A stretch of DNA of 64,000 bases from the human T2T-CHM13v2.0 reference genome, Homo sapiens, in NCBI RefSeq assembly GCF_009914755.1, contig NC_060934.1; one strand, 5' to 3'. A program made the translations under genes and the position numbers. The notes beneath the pieces were generated by a model. The model did not search any database. It had not been told where the DNA came from and saw only the letters and a program-made list of their open reading frames with translations. Of the stretch, positions 43,296-57,391 are shown one piece after another (positions within the stretch are counted from its first letter, which is position 1; each line of letters opens with the position of its first letter).

Positions 43296-44684
43296 ATAAT
43301 GTCAACAATAGTAAAATGTGGATAGCTAATAAGTGGCAGAACAGGTCTTCCAACTCCAAGTCCTGGGTCGCTACTGCCACACAGCACTGGAAGTCATGAA
43401 CGGGTCCTTCAACTAGGAACCAGACAGGAGGTGGCCCTGGAGGAAAACGCCCAGCTGAGACAAGGCTGATGTCAGACATTGTGCCCAGTCTGTTATTTCT
43501 CTTACTTGATCTAATCATGTGACTGTGCATTTATATGTATATGCAAAATATATTTTTAAAAGTGCATATGAAATCCATACAAATCGTAACAAATATCCAA
43601 GCACTTACCAGAAAGCTTAAAAGACAGAATTATCACCAGTAACCGATACTCTTGTAAGCCCTCCCTAGTAGAATTCTCCTTCCTCTTCCCAAAAGTAAGT
43701 CTGAATTTTATGTTAATTTTGTTATTTCCATCTATTATTCTCTAGGGTTTCTGGCTGTTCCTTTGTTTGCCCGTGGTGGCCAGCATGTTTGCAGTTGGGA
43801 GGATTCTTCACCAGTCTAACACATGCCTCAGTTTTCTAGGTGAGAAACCCAGACAAGGTAAGTATAATACCTGCCTCTCCCCACCCTTGATCACTCCAGG
43901 TCACATGGACTGTGGGTGCCATGGCCGTATCTAAAAACCAAGTGTCATTAGTCAGGGACTGTTAAGATCAAAGGGACTTTGTCACCCAGGTCAGAGAGGG
44001 CACACAGAGGGCCTGCTGCTGTCATCCATGTGTGCAGACGCTGTCCATCCTGGATGGCCCCCTTTTGCGCCGACCTGTCTTGATCCTAGGCCAAAAGCTT
44101 TTTTCTGTTATTAAATTCTAATCACTTCTCCTGGTCTGATTCTAGGCTTTCTCCTCCAGACACGTGTACTGAACTATTCGGCTCCTACTTCTTTCTCCAT
44201 GTATTGCCCTGAACTTACGTTTCTGGATCTGGTTGGCATGGTTTCCAGGAGGTAGAGTGTAAGCCACTTAAGGCAGGGGTCTCAGCCTGCTCTTTAACCT
44301 CTAGCCCAGCCTTGGGCAGAGTGCCCAGTTGGGCACTCCCCATTGGTTGACTAATCTGCTGAGATCATGGTCAGCCAGGCCTGGAGGGGTCTCTAGTGAT
44401 TGGAAAGCCAAGGATCCATTGCCCCAGGACCAAGCAGTGGTGCCACATAGAGAGAAGCCTCTGATACACTCCCAAAAGCTACAGCTCTTATCCTAAAATA
44501 ATTTACTGTGCTCCGCTGGGCTCTCCACTTCTCACGTGTTCCTGATTTTCCCTTTCACTACTGTCCCACTGGCCAAAGCATCAGTGTGGGAGGCCAAGCC
44601 CACAGTCAGTGTGGGAGGCCCCACCAAAGGGTGTGGGGGCAGGGAGCAAACTGTGGCCTTTACTATCATCAGTCAACCATGGAA

Positions 44685-44865
44685 AGGGAACTGATATTTA
44701 TTAAACACCTGCTATGTGCCAAATGCTTTACTTTTCATCTTATTTAAGCTTCACAACAATTCTCTGAAGTGCTGGCATCCCTGTCCCTTGATGAAGAAGC
44801 ATCACTCAGAGACGTGGGTCACTAGCCCATGTGGTTAGCAGGTGCTGGAGTGGGGATTCGTACCT
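44685..44865 (-). mobile_element. MIR SINE
   Basis: ATTTATTAAACACCTGCTATGTGCCAAATGCTTTAC...CTTCACAACAA. Confidence 0.75.
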
Positions 44866-44880
44866 GCTGAGTTGGGGAGC

Positions 44881-44933
44881 GGGGCGGAGCCTGCCCCTCT
44901 GAGAGTGACTCTGAGTATGACATAAGTGAGTCA
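44881..44933. promoter_or_regulatory. GC-box plus AP-1 motif cluster
   Basis: GGGGCGGAGC at 44881, TGACTCT and TGACATAA partial sites, perfect TGAGTCA at 44927. Confidence 0.4.
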
Positions 44934-46834
44934 CAGTGAGAATTACAGGAGATCAAACAGAAGCCTGTGAATGAAGCTACGAAGTGGATCCTGCTCCTTA
45001 CTTAAGGGGGCATGGTCTCTCTCCAGGCCAACATGTATCACCAGCGATGATATCCTCTGGTACGCCAGTTCTATATTCCTCACCACTGGGGATGAAGAGA
45101 AAAAGGAGGGAGAAGGGGAAGCGATGTGATGCATGGGACCAGAGTCCCAGATGCTGATGGCCTCAGCGGTGGGGGCGTGTGAAAAAAACCTTTTCCTTTT
45201 TCCGTTTCCAATGTCAGGCTTTGCCCTCTGAGGGCTCACAGGCCACCCAAACCCTTTCCATGCTTTCACACACAGTTGAGGTTTTGTTTGTTTGTTTGTT
45301 TTGTTTCTTTTTTTGTTTTTTAACAATTTTGAAAGTGCTTACGTAGAGACACAGCTTTAGATGGGCCACATGAAAGGCCCCGTTCAGACAGCTCTCATCT
45401 GATACAAAGCCTCAGAATGCCCACTGACGTGGCCCAAACGATGGTGCTCACTTGGGCAGGTGCATCTGAATTTCACAAGGTCCCCTGATGGAGGCGTCAT
45501 CTGAGCTGAATTCTGGCTCAGAACAAAGGAAGTGCAAGTCAGGCCCCCCGTCAGAACTTCCGTCCGTCTTTCTGCATAGAAGGATCCTGCCTCCTGGGTT
45601 GTTGGTGGCTGTGTGGAGCCAAGTCAATTGCTAACTGTCACTGAAGACCAAAAAAAAATTGCAGTTTTCAAGTTCAGTGGACAGGGACTCAGAGGAAAGC
45701 AGGTGGGAGAGAAGAGCAGGAGCTGCTCACAGCAGCCAAAACAGCAGGATGGGATCTGCGCAGCCCAGGCCTCCAGTGCCAGACAGCCCTGGTGTCTCAG
45801 TGGCCGGCTGACCTCCTGAGGCCTGGCCACAGCCAGGAGCCCACATACCCCGCTGGGTAAGGCGCAGAGGCCTGCACACAGCCTCGGTGACCCCTCATCT
45901 TACACACACCCTGAAATAGAAGCACAGCAGGAAAGACCTGCTCAGCCGCACACCGCCTGACCCGGAGCCAGCCTGACGAAGCCGGAACTTCCCACTTCAC
46001 CTGAACCCACCCGCCACCCGCCTGGCCACAGACTCACTGCCCTCTTTATCCCCAAATGAAAAGGGGTAGTTGTCTCGCTTGGTGCCCAGGGTGCCAGCTT
46101 TTTTACCCTTCTTCATAGGGCATATTTCTGGGCCTATCCTCTTTTTCTCCCAAAGTACCTAAGACAATGCTCCCTTTATAGGTCAGGGAAGGAGTATAGA
46201 TCCTGCTTTCATTCTGTCTTCTTCCCCCAGGGCAAACAGCTTCACCCTCAGCTTTATGAATTCCTTCCTATTCTTACTTTTCTCCGAAGCTGTTTCTCAT
46301 TGACCTGACGTCTCCTGACCTGTTGACCAAAGCACCATTCCACGTGTCCTGTGTGTGTGTAGCTCACTGTGAACTTGCTGTTAAGCTGAGGCCTGGCCCC
46401 GAATGTCATCAGCTTGCTGGTTACTTGCTGAGACAGGAGATGGAGGTGCTACAAGAGAGGGAGATGAAAGAGGAAAGGAGAGAGAGGTGGAGAGATGGAA
46501 ATGACCAGGACGGGGAGGGTGGGGAGCAGAGCTGAAAAGTAGGAAGGAAGGAAGGTGCGAATATGTGCTGGGTGCTACCCTGGGGCCTGTATATATTACC
46601 TCACGTAGCCCTCACAACACACAGGTGACGTTCGCATCAGCACTCACATGTTTCGTGAGTTTTCAGAAAGGTTAGTTTGTCTGAGATCACTCAGCTGTGA
46701 GGTGGCAGGGACTAGATTCAAATTCAGATTTTTGGCTTCGATTTCAGGACTTTTTCCTTTCTAATCTTCTGCTCCCCCTGAGAGGGGACTAGAGGAGAGA
46801 GAAAATGAAGGGAAATAGAAGGGAAGTGGAGACC

Positions 46835-47110
46835 ACCAATTGTTCTCTGGTTGCAAGCAACAGAAACTGATTCTAGCTATCTTAGATGGGAAAAGGTTTG
46901 ATTGGAGGGGCGCCAGGTGGCTTTCAGAATCCAGTAGACTGTAGGAGAGCAGGGTCAAGAACCACAGTGTTCTGGGGTCTGGGCAGGAGAAATTAATTGA
47001 CAGCTTACTTGAGATTCTGCCCCTGAAATAAATATGCTCCAAACATTTCCCCCACTCTCTGTGCAGGAGAGAATCCCAGGAAACAGTCTGATTTGTTGTA
47101 TTGGGGTCAC
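46835..47110 (-). mobile_element. Old MLT1 LTR fragment
   Basis: TGGTTGCAAGCAACAGAAACTGATTCTAGCTA is typical of antisense old MLT1 3' ends. Confidence 0.55.
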
Positions 47111-47569
47111 TTGCCTACCCTTAAGTCAAGGGAGCTAAGAACACCAACATGTCACATGACGGAGGAGAGAGCTCCAACTCCCAATGCTGTTATCAAACAA
47201 AGGGGACACGGACACAGAGCACCCAAACCACAGATGACAACCACGCAGGAACTTTTTAGGTGCTGCCTGCAGGTATCAGGGGCTGATTCTATCTGCCCCA
47301 AACTGCATTAGGGCTGAGCCCCGCAGGTTGAGTCTTTCTCATGACATTGAAATGGCCACCATTGTCACCACCAGTTCCATCTGACAGAGACGGGCTGGGC
47401 CCCCACCTCTTCCAAACCTGGCTTCTGGGAGGAAGCATTTCTCCTCTCAGGAATTAGTCCTCATTCAAAAACTCCGTGCAGTAAGTTTGCAGAACAATGA
47501 GCAGCTTACAATCAACACTCTGGACACACTGTTTTATAAAGACTCCTCCTAGGGCAGTGGTCTTTAGAG

Positions 47570-47790
47570 TGAAACTTCTTGAGTTGGAATTCTAACACCA
47601 TTACCAGCTGTAAGAGAGAAAATGCCCACCTCCTCTCTGAGCCTCAGTCTGTTCTGCTGCACAGTAGGGGGATAACGCGTACTCTGCCTCCATCTGTATG
47701 TTGTTCCATCAAATGAAATAAAAATTGTCATCAGCTTGTAAACGGTGAGAGCCATACAAGATACAGAGAGGCATTGTGGTCCTTTTCACT
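47570..47790 (+). mobile_element. MIR SINE
   Basis: CTCTCTGAGCCTCAGTCTGTTCTGCTG...ATCAAATGAAATAA. Confidence 0.6.
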
Positions 47791-50178
47791 ATTACCAAGC
47801 GAGGCCAGGCTGCTCTGGGAGTGTGGCAGGAGGCCGAAGGCGGCTGCACGCTGCCGTAACAAGAGCGGGGGTTGGAGGAGTTGAGGGTGAAAGTCCGGGC
47901 AATGGGGTCCTCTGTGCTTCCAGCTTGCTCTCTACTTCAAGCACTGTGAATAGATGAAACTCCACCACATCCTTTCACCCATTCCAAGGCCAAATGGCCC
48001 AAGGGCAGAGTTATACATTCAACCGGTAATTTGAAAAGCCCTGATTAGCCTCATCTAAGCTCTGTCTTCTTTACTGAGAACCCAACTGCTAAGCCTTTCC
48101 TGGCAATGAGGCTTCTTGAGGCTGAGCCTTCACAAAGCTGGGTTGTCTCCAAGTTTCCCTTTTTTTCCTTCCACAGGCTGGCACTGCACAGAGATGGAAC
48201 CTGATGAAACGGCCCCATTTGAGCGCCTGCTGTATCGCGTTGGCTCTGCTTCCTGCAGCTGTGCTCCAAGATGAGCCTTTCAGACATCGCTCCCTAATAG
48301 CTCCATCTCCCCCAGTCCAGGAGGATGCGCATTCCTCTCCTCATTCACATGCACCACTTCAAGCCATCTGCACGCTCTACAGGGGACTTGCCGCCTAACA
48401 TCCTAATGTGCAACCCCATCCAAATCCTCTGCTGGAATCTCACTATTTGCACCACTTACGCTCCTGGAGCGTGAAACAGAAGGGCCAGTCCTCTTGTCTC
48501 TTTATTCTAAGTGTTTAATACAGATTCCATGGACTTGGTCCATAACAATATGAGTGTGGTCTTACATCAGTCCTTTTACTAATTTCTCATCATCTCCCTC
48601 ATCCTTGTCCTTTAGTGATTGTTCCAGACCTTCTCTTCTTATCCTCATACTCTCCTCTTTGGTATAGTAGTGAGTAAAAGAAAGAAAGAAAAAAAAGGTC
48701 CTAGTGTGACTCATATCTTCATGGTTTATTTACTACCTGGAGGATTTTTGAGGCTATGAACATTGTTTTATTTTTTGCTGTATCCCCAGCACCTAGCACA
48801 GATATGTGTGTGTATCAGGGCCTGTATGTATAAGCTCTCCGATGCTGCTATAACATGTAGTTCCCCAGTCAAAACTAAGTATTATTAAAGCAGCATTTTG
48901 GACAGGGTTTAAATTACCTGGCCCTTGACTTTGGGAATTGGAATTTTGTCTACTGCAGTCGCTTGGGGGACCTTCCAGTAGAGATTTATAATTAAAATGA
49001 TATCATCCAGTAAGGCTTTTACCACAGGGCTTCTAAAAACAATAAAAGGATTGTCTGAGGCAGAATCTGCACTGTGGAATGAGAATTATATATGGTTTAC
49101 TATAAAGTAAACTTAGGCATAATTATATGTTGTGAACTACAAACGCACAGTGGGATTCTGAGATTAATTTCCAATCACTCCTCACCACGGATTGGTGAAA
49201 ATCCCAGCCAAGTGTGGTGAAGGAAGTGTCTCTGTTTCTGCCCGGTTTGGAGGTATTGTCTGTGCATTCGTTGCTGGTCTCATATCCCAACTTCCAGCTG
49301 CTGCTGCTCCACATCAGTCACTGCAGAGATGTTCAGTTTTTCATGCCAGGATTGCTCTGTCAGGATTTGTGTTAGTAATTGCAGAGACTTCGTAGGTTCT
49401 GTTTGCAATCATACGTAACTCAGATTTTAAATTAAAAAGGTAAAAATGGAATAATTTGGAAAAACATTCACAGAATATCAGAGTTAAAAGAAGATATTTA
49501 ACACCATCAAGACCAGGAACAGCAAATAGTTTTCTGTCCTAGCTGCCAGCCCTATCAACACCGTGTCTAGGCCTTGCCCGTGAGAATGCAGTGATCATCT
49601 GGTGACGCTGGCCACAAGCAAGGGAGGAGGGGCAGCGTGGCCTGAACCGCATACTTGCCCTCCTTGCAGAAAGGCAGGGATGTCCCATGGATGAAGGGAG
49701 GGCAGCAATCATGTTGAAAGTTTTTTAGGAAAATGGAAACTTAGTGGCAGAAATAGTGTTTCTTTTACTATCAATTGACATTCAAAATCACTTTCAAACC
49801 AACAAGGCTAGTAGCAAATTGAAAAATAGGAGTGAGAATGCCTGCCCCAGACATGGATGGTGTGGGGCAAAACAGGGGTAGATCCAAATGAAACAATCAA
49901 CTGCGACTCAAGCTGATTTCCAGCCGGCGAGTGTCAGCAGGCACAACGGTAGGGGGTTGGGGAGAAACCATCCGTCCACCTCCTGCCTTGGACCAGGTGC
50001 AGCGAACTTTATGTACCAGATATGTTACAAGAATCTGGCTCTAAACAAATTTCTGCAAGCCCTCTCTCAACCTCAGCAGGAGGGAAGTTGCCACTCCCTG
50101 ACAGCAAATCAAACTGGATCTTGGAACACAAAATGTTGGAGACGTTTAAAAAATTGTAATTGAAAAAATTGAAATTTA

Positions 50179-50482
<304 letters not shown>

Positions 50483-51860
50483 AAAAAATTGAAATTTAAA
50501 GAAAAGGAGAGAACACTGTTTAACCATAAATAAATACATATGTGACCACAAAGAGTTACATTGTAAATTATTGTGTGTATCAATCAAAATAAACCAGTGG
50601 GGTAAAAAAAGATAATGCAACTTGTAAATTGCCTGGCTCTCTAAGTTTTGCTGCTAGAAGTAAAATGTAACATTCCTAATTTAAAAATTCCAAGCTTAAA
50701 ACTAAAATGTTCAATTATAAGGACTTTAAGTAAGTAACATATAATAATGATGAATGGAAAGGTTTAGAACACCATGGGGAAATGCTTGATAGCATGTTAA
50801 GTGAAATCACAGTATTGTAAACACAGGATCATCAGACTAGAGGAAAAAAGTGTTTCACTGGAAAAAGCATCTTTATCCTTTCTGGAGTAAGAAAGGGTTA
50901 ATATTGTGTATTATGTGTAGCTATATCATTATGTCTCTCTCTTTTGGTGTTTTTGTTTATCTATCAGGCACTCAGAAATATGAACAAAATTTGCACTCAG
51001 AAGCCGTAACCATGGATAATTTTTGTCTTTTGGCCGTTTTTATTACATCATTCCTTCCTGTTTATAGCAGCAATATTAGAAAAGAGATAAACAGAAGTAA
51101 AATAACATTTATAATTCTCCCCTGGATAGATAACATTTGGCGCTTTCTTTCCAGACAATTCAATATGCAGATAGACACATAAGTGCATTTATTTTATAAA
51201 ACTGGGATCATACTCTGCATCTGGTGAGTATTTATAAAGATCGACCTTGCCCTGGCTGGTGCCATCCCAGTCCCTGGGGGCTTGTGCTCGCCTCTGGGTG
51301 GAAGTTCACAGGCAGGCAAATCACAGAGCTGCAGCTCAACCAAGTCTTTATGTTGCCTCTATAAGATGTTAAAGGTAAAACAAGGGAAGGTATACCGTGC
51401 TCAGTTTCTGCAGAAGCAGGCCCCTTCCCCTGTAATCTGATGAGCTCTTTGCTTTTATCCTAGAAAAATACAGCAAAGGTCAGGATGGCCCATCGGAGCT
51501 CTCGTCCTTGCCAAATGGTGTGTGGACAGGAAAATGTCAAGTGTCTCTGCTGGAAGCACTTGACCGGGAAGAGGCATTCATCCTCCCAGCACCCTCAGGG
51601 ACAAGGGGTGCCAGCCGGGCTCCCCTGCCCTCCTGTTGCATGACACGGTCTCTGATACTGGGCCACCCGCTCCATGCCCGAGTTGCGTCCCCTCCCAGGG
51701 GCACACTCTCTGATGCTACTAAGGCAGGCATGGAGGAGACATGGCAAAGAGAAACCAGAGGATCTGTACTTTTCCCTGAGGCTTTTGCTCCCAACCAGCT
51801 GCAGAGAGAGTGTGAGAAGGAGAGTACCCAGGCCAGGCACGGGGAGCAACTGCGAGTCTC

Positions 51861-52127
51861 TGTATTTGTCTTCTGGGCTATTATGACAAAGAACCACAAA
51901 TTGGGTGGTTTAAATTTATTATCCCACAGTTCTGGAGGCCAGAGGACCACACTCGAGGTGTTAGGAGAGCCACACTTCCTCTGAAACCTCCTGGGGGGTG
52001 GCGGGGGGATCTTTTCTTGCCTCTTCCATGGTCACCCCAGACACCCTTGGCTTGTGGCAGCATCCCGCCCATCTCCACCTCCACTTCACACAGCCGTCTT
52101 CTCCCTGTGTCTGTGTCTTCATAAGGC

Positions 52128-52169
<42 letters not shown>

Positions 52170-52338
52170 AACTTCCCTCATTTTATAAGGACATGATCAT
52201 ATAGGATTAGGGCTCATCCTTAGGACTTCATCTTGACTCCATGTGCAAAGACCCTGTTTCCCAACAAGGTCACGTTGATTGGTACTGAGGGTCAAAACTT
52301 CAACATGTCTTTTTGGGGGACACAATTAGACCCTAACA
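51861..52338 (-). mobile_element. MLT1B/C-type MaLR LTR
   Basis: ACCACAAATTGGGTGGTTTAA...CACAGTTCTGGAGGCCAG...GCAAAGACCCTGTTTCC...GGGGGACACAATT. Confidence 0.85.
52130..52166. repeat. (TG)18 microsatellite
   Basis: Pure TG run of 37 nt. Confidence 0.98.
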
Positions 52339-53136
52339 AGCCCTATGAGGGTTCAAGAGGACCAGTGCTCTTTCACTATGTCAGATGTATGTGGAGGGAG
52401 TGACTAAGACAGACAAACTATTTTAAAATCCTACCTCTGCCCCCTAACACACCTCTCCAGCCCTCAGAGAACCTTCCTTGGAGGACCCATGGCACCTGTA
52501 GCTTTGGAAAAGTCACTTGACTTCTCGGGGCCTCTGTTTTCTCATTTATTAATTGAGCTAATGCAGTGACTCTCAAAGTGGGACCTGAGTATCATTCTGA
52601 TGACTATGAAGTGACCCAAGCACGCAAATCTTTCCTGTGGTTCCTCCAGGTGGGTCACAGAGGTGGCCCCCAGACTTTACTTCTTATGTACAAGTAAAGC
52701 TTTTAACCCACAAAAATTTGGTATTCATAAACTAAAATTAGTGTTCCTGGGATTTACTGAGGACTCCAATTTGTTATTCTACACTATACTTTACATAGTT
52801 GGAATTTCCCCAAGATTTGGAAAAACGCTGTTTCGTTAGCTCTTCAGCAGTTATTTTGAGTTATCATGGTTTTCAACCGCTTTTATTCATACTTTATATT
52901 TATAAGTTACTATTGGTTTTGTGCCCTCATTATCCATTGAGTCTGGCGAGAGTTTGGGGTTGTCCTAGAATGGGTAGTAATAAGTATTTACTTTGATAAT
53001 TTTTGGCTTTTATTATAAAATTGTGCAATTTCTAGACATTATATGTAAATGAATTGCAGTTGAATAATTCATCACTCATGTACCCCTACTGCTAAGGGAG
53101 GTGTATACATGATCCCTTTATATTTTGCTTGTATGG

Positions 53137-53231
53137 TGGTTTGCCCAGGACTGAGAGGTTTGCCGGAATGTAGAATTTTCAATGCTAAAGCTGGGAGAAT
53201 CCTGAGCAAACTCCCACGGTCGGTCACCCTA
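53137..53231. mobile_element. MER81-like hAT-Blackjack MITE
   Basis: GGTTTGCCCAGGACTGAG...TTTCAATGCTAAAGCTGGGA...GCAAAC...GGTCACCCT. Confidence 0.6.
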
Positions 53232-55569
53232 TTATAGAAGGACACTTCATTGGTGGCTTCCTTGCCGGTGAATTTGTGCTATTTTTTTTTCATCACTTTC
53301 GTCTTGCAATCAAGGTTAGCATAATAAAATTAGTAGGGTTATTTTGAGATCATGGGGCGTTCATTTATAATATAAAATCAAGTGTACAATGGCAGATTTT
53401 TCTTTAACATAAATAGGAAGTGAACCGTGTATACTGCCTGCTCAGCAGGTTTAGTGCAATATGTCTGTTTGGTTCCTCTGCGATCCTCTTCTCCTTCCCA
53501 TAAGCCCCACACCTATAATTACCAAACTCAGGAGAGAGGGGGAACTGGTGAGACGTTGTGTCCTTTGGCCCCACTCAAGTGGATATAGTCAAAGAAGTTT
53601 AGGAACCCCTGAGTTAAGGACTCCTAGACTGCCCTACCTCTTACAGCTTGAGGCTGCAGATCCACCCTGACCGTGCTCAAAATCCTAAGCCAATGCAGAG
53701 TCAGAAGCAGCTCAGAAGCTTCCCCGGAGGTCCTTGCTGAGAATTCCCTAACCGGCAGGCAGTTCCTCCCGCCCTAGGAAGATTTTGTGTATAGCCTCCT
53801 TTGCATAGTGTCCGCTATGAATTCTCTTCTCTGGCTCCATTGCATGACAGGAAGGCAGGAGAGGAGGACAGAAAGCTGCTGCTTATTTTCAAGCTTATCT
53901 CCAGCTGTCAGAACTCTCATTAGGGGCTTTTTGCTTTGGACTTAATTTACCTTAGTCCTCACAGCAATGCTGTGATGTATGACTGACTCTACTTTGTAGA
54001 TCTGGAACCCGGCTGCCCTGACCTGGCTCACCTCGAGCCCTGGTCTCCCCTCCATGCTCCCTCAGCCCCTGAAGTCCCAAGGAACCCAGGACTCCACTCA
54101 CCTGAACAAAGGTCACTTGAAAACTGGGAAAGGGACAGAAGCTTTAAAAAGCCCAAACGAACAAACAAGAGGTTGACAATTTAAAAATAAAGCCAACACA
54201 AACTCAGCCTGGAATGGAAGCTCCTGATGGAGTCATCCTTAGAATTCACCACCCGCAATTTATCCCAAATCCTGGGTGACCCCTCCTCCACTGCTCAGAC
54301 TGTTCTTAGGTACAGCTGCTTCACACTGCATCGTGGCCCTGTCATAGATGACTAAGCCATCAGTGGGAGGCATCTTTCCCTACATACCATCTCTTTTTCC
54401 CGGCTCAGAGTGTCTTTTCTAAACCATGTCCTTGCTTTACATTTCCAGGGGGTCGTCCTTAACAGTGGGTAGGTAACCCTGTGGTGACCTGATTCCTGCT
54501 CAGCTGTGAGCTTTTTCTGTCCTCTGGTGGGGGACAGACACTCAGCATTCCAGACAGGGTTAGTGGTGGGACTTCTATTTATTTAACTACTAATCCTACT
54601 TATGTGAAATTAATTTGCTCTCCTATTATAACTCACCTTGCTTCCTGCCCTGACCGTCTCCTGTAATTGACACCTGGCTGCTCCATTGTGCTCCTGCTTC
54701 CTGGGCTAAGGGGCAGCGGTTGGAAGCCAAGTCTTGGAGTGACTCACATTAGGAGGCTGCTCTATACAGAAGAGAGGTTTGCTCATTATAGACTGAGGAG
54801 GGTTACTGTAAAAACAGCGGTGGTTTTTTTTTTCTCCTAATAACCAGTTCCCCTTTAGGCTAGCCCTTTCCAAGGAAGTTTGTGTACTATTATTAAACTT
54901 CTTCCTAACTCCAAATATGGGCTGCTCCAGTTTCTGCAGCGTGCAGATGAGTCTCTGGCTTCTGTAGTAGAAATCCAGGCCCAGGTCCCCATCTGCCTCG
55001 GTCCTTGATGAGATGCAGGTCATCCACAGTCTCAAAGCAGGTAGAGGTGTCCATGCTGCCCCAGGGGACAATACCTACAAGGTGTTACAAACACCTCCAG
55101 CCAAAAACAGGTGCTGCCACTAAAGCTTCCCAGATCCAGGTTCCACAGCCAGGATCCGTCTTCTGTCTGTGGCAGAGGTGAATGAGGAGCTGTTTGCATT
55201 GAGGCTGCAGAGAACATGGCTGTATTATGGAGATGAGAAGGAGCCACGCTGGCCTCTGTTCATGGCCCTCCACTGAGCACCTGGGCTTGGCAGACAGAGG
55301 GGTGTAGTAGTCTGAAGATCTGGCTCTAGCCTCCAAGTGAGAAGCTCCCACTCCCAACTCATGTCCATATCTCAACTGCTCATTTGAGTCCTTGGGAGAG
55401 GGCGAGGGGAGGTGGGGAGGAGGAAGCCCAAGAGTTTGTCCCCTGGCCTCTGCCAACACTGCAAATGTGGCCACTTTAACAGGCTAACAGACTGGACGTC
55501 CTCCCATGTGTGTAAAATCCCCATACCTCCTCCAGCAAACTCCATGTTGGCTGTAGAATGAAGGCCACC

Positions 55570-56015
55570 TTCTGCCCGGCATGGCATCTGCAGCTTGACC
55601 CTCTTATCCGGCCTTATTCTCGCCTTTGCTCTTCACAATCCTCATCCCGTCCGACTGTGGCTCTGAACTCTCTGCCCATCCCTCCATCCCACCGTTGTCA
55701 CATGGTGCCCAGAAGACCCTGAATGCCCACCTTATTCTTTTCACTCATCATGTCTAGTGCATCCTTGACCCCACTCTAGCTCAGTCCCCTCTGCTGTGAG
55801 AAATACTTCCTGACCCTACCAATTAACAGGCAGCTTGTCTCTCCAAATTCCACTAGTGTGCTCACACAGATTCATGCAGCTAGAGTTGTTAATAATTCTT
55901 ATATGAGTGTTCTTTGTCGTCCTCCACTAGACTGTAAATGCTTTGCAACAAGGAACCATTCCTTAACATTCATGTATAGCCCTACACAGGTGGCCAACAA
56001 TTGATGGAACTTGAT
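55570..56015 (+). mobile_element. L2 3' fragment
   Basis: Pyrimidine-rich body ending CCACTAGACTGTAAATGCTTTG...AAGGAACCA. Confidence 0.6.
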
Positions 56016-56059
56016 GACCCTACAACCAGTTGTCCACTAGGTGTGTCCAGAGTGTTGTT

Positions 56060-56305
56060 TCTTGCTTAGAGCATGATTTTTGCTGTCAGAAGGACCTCAG
56101 TTCAAATCTTGACTGTGTCAACTACCAGCTCTGTGACCTCAGGAAACTATTTAACCTAACTGTGTTTGTTTCCTCTTCTGTAAAAGCAGAGATGTACAGT
56201 AATCGGCCCCCAGGTTTATTGTAGATTTAAAGCATGGGAAATTCTTGCTTGGTGCAGTACCTGGCATGAAATCAAGGCTCACTAAATAGCAGCCATTATT
56301 ATTAT
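56060..56305 (+). mobile_element. MIR SINE, near full length
   Basis: AGTTCAAATCTTGACTGTGTCAACTACCAGCTCTGTGACCTCAGG...TTTCCTCTTCTGTAAAA...CCTGGCA. Confidence 0.8.
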
Positions 56306-57391
56306 CGGGTTAGTTTGGGGCTGGTGCCTCTGCTACAGTGAGTCTTAACAAGCATCAAATTAATGGAGATAGATCCTGGTTTTAGGGGAGGCATCCTGGA
56401 GAGAATGTTGAAGTGAGTTTTGGAAATCCGACAAGGAGAGAAATCAGAAGTTAACCCAATTGCATTTCTCCCAACTTTTCAACAGCCTTCAGGCATACTC
56501 ATTTTTAGCTGATTCTCCAGATATTGCTAGAACTTTTCCCAGAGGCAGATGCAGAGTGACTGTGCAGACTCTGAAAAACAGTGCTTGTCACCTGACCTTA
56601 AATGTAACAAACAACCCCTGAGGAAGGTAGCTCCAATTACAGTCATGAAGTTGGAGGAGCCCTTTCAAGGCAGATTGATTTACTGGACCAGAAATACAGC
56701 TCAACATCCCACACACAGATTTCTGCCTTTGGCAAACTGCCCTGCCTGCTTCCTTCTCTCTTGCCCTGGCGTATTGATCTGCATGTGTGAGTTGGTGTAG
56801 TTTATTGTATAGGGTTGTGTGTGTGTGTTTGTGTGTGCTGTGGTCCCAGGATGGAAGCTCCTAGATTGGGAGCCCTCTAATTGAGTGATGTCCAAAGCCT
56901 TAATCGAGGGAAATCTTGCTCCATTTCTTTTTGTGGTGGCTTTAATTTCATCCCTCTGCTTCAGGTTGGCATAGAATGTTCCAGAAGGCCTCTCAGTCTG
57001 ATTCCTGTGCTTCTGAGTATATGTAGTAACATGTTGTTGTATAAGGAAGGAAAAAAACTAGTTTTTGTTGTGTGCCTTGTGCCAGACAAAAAAAAATTAC
57101 CATCTCCATGAGTCACATAAGAAATTGAGACTTGGAAGCATTAGGAACATGCCTAAAATCCAATGCTGGTAGAGCCAGGATCCAAACACAGGTGTGTCTG
57201 ACTTGATGCCCTCTGTCATAGTGACTCCAGGCTTGGCCCTGCTGGGAGATGGACGCCCAGCCACTATGGGAGTGAAGTCCAACTCATAGGGTCATTTTGA
57301 ATGGGAAAACTTTGAAATCTAGGGGCATAATTTCAATTCATATCATCGTATTTTGCACCCATCATGTGCATGGCTATGTGGCCTTCTCCCT

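Noticed and set aside
49150-49206. Nested short inverted repeats GGGATT/AATCCC and CCAATC/GATTGG
   Set aside because: Only 6-bp stems with asymmetric loops; expected by chance
54440-54710. Possible LTR16/LTR33 relic; similarly weak hAT-like fragments near 16150, 35720, 49510 and 52560
   Set aside because: Similarity too weak to support a call by eye
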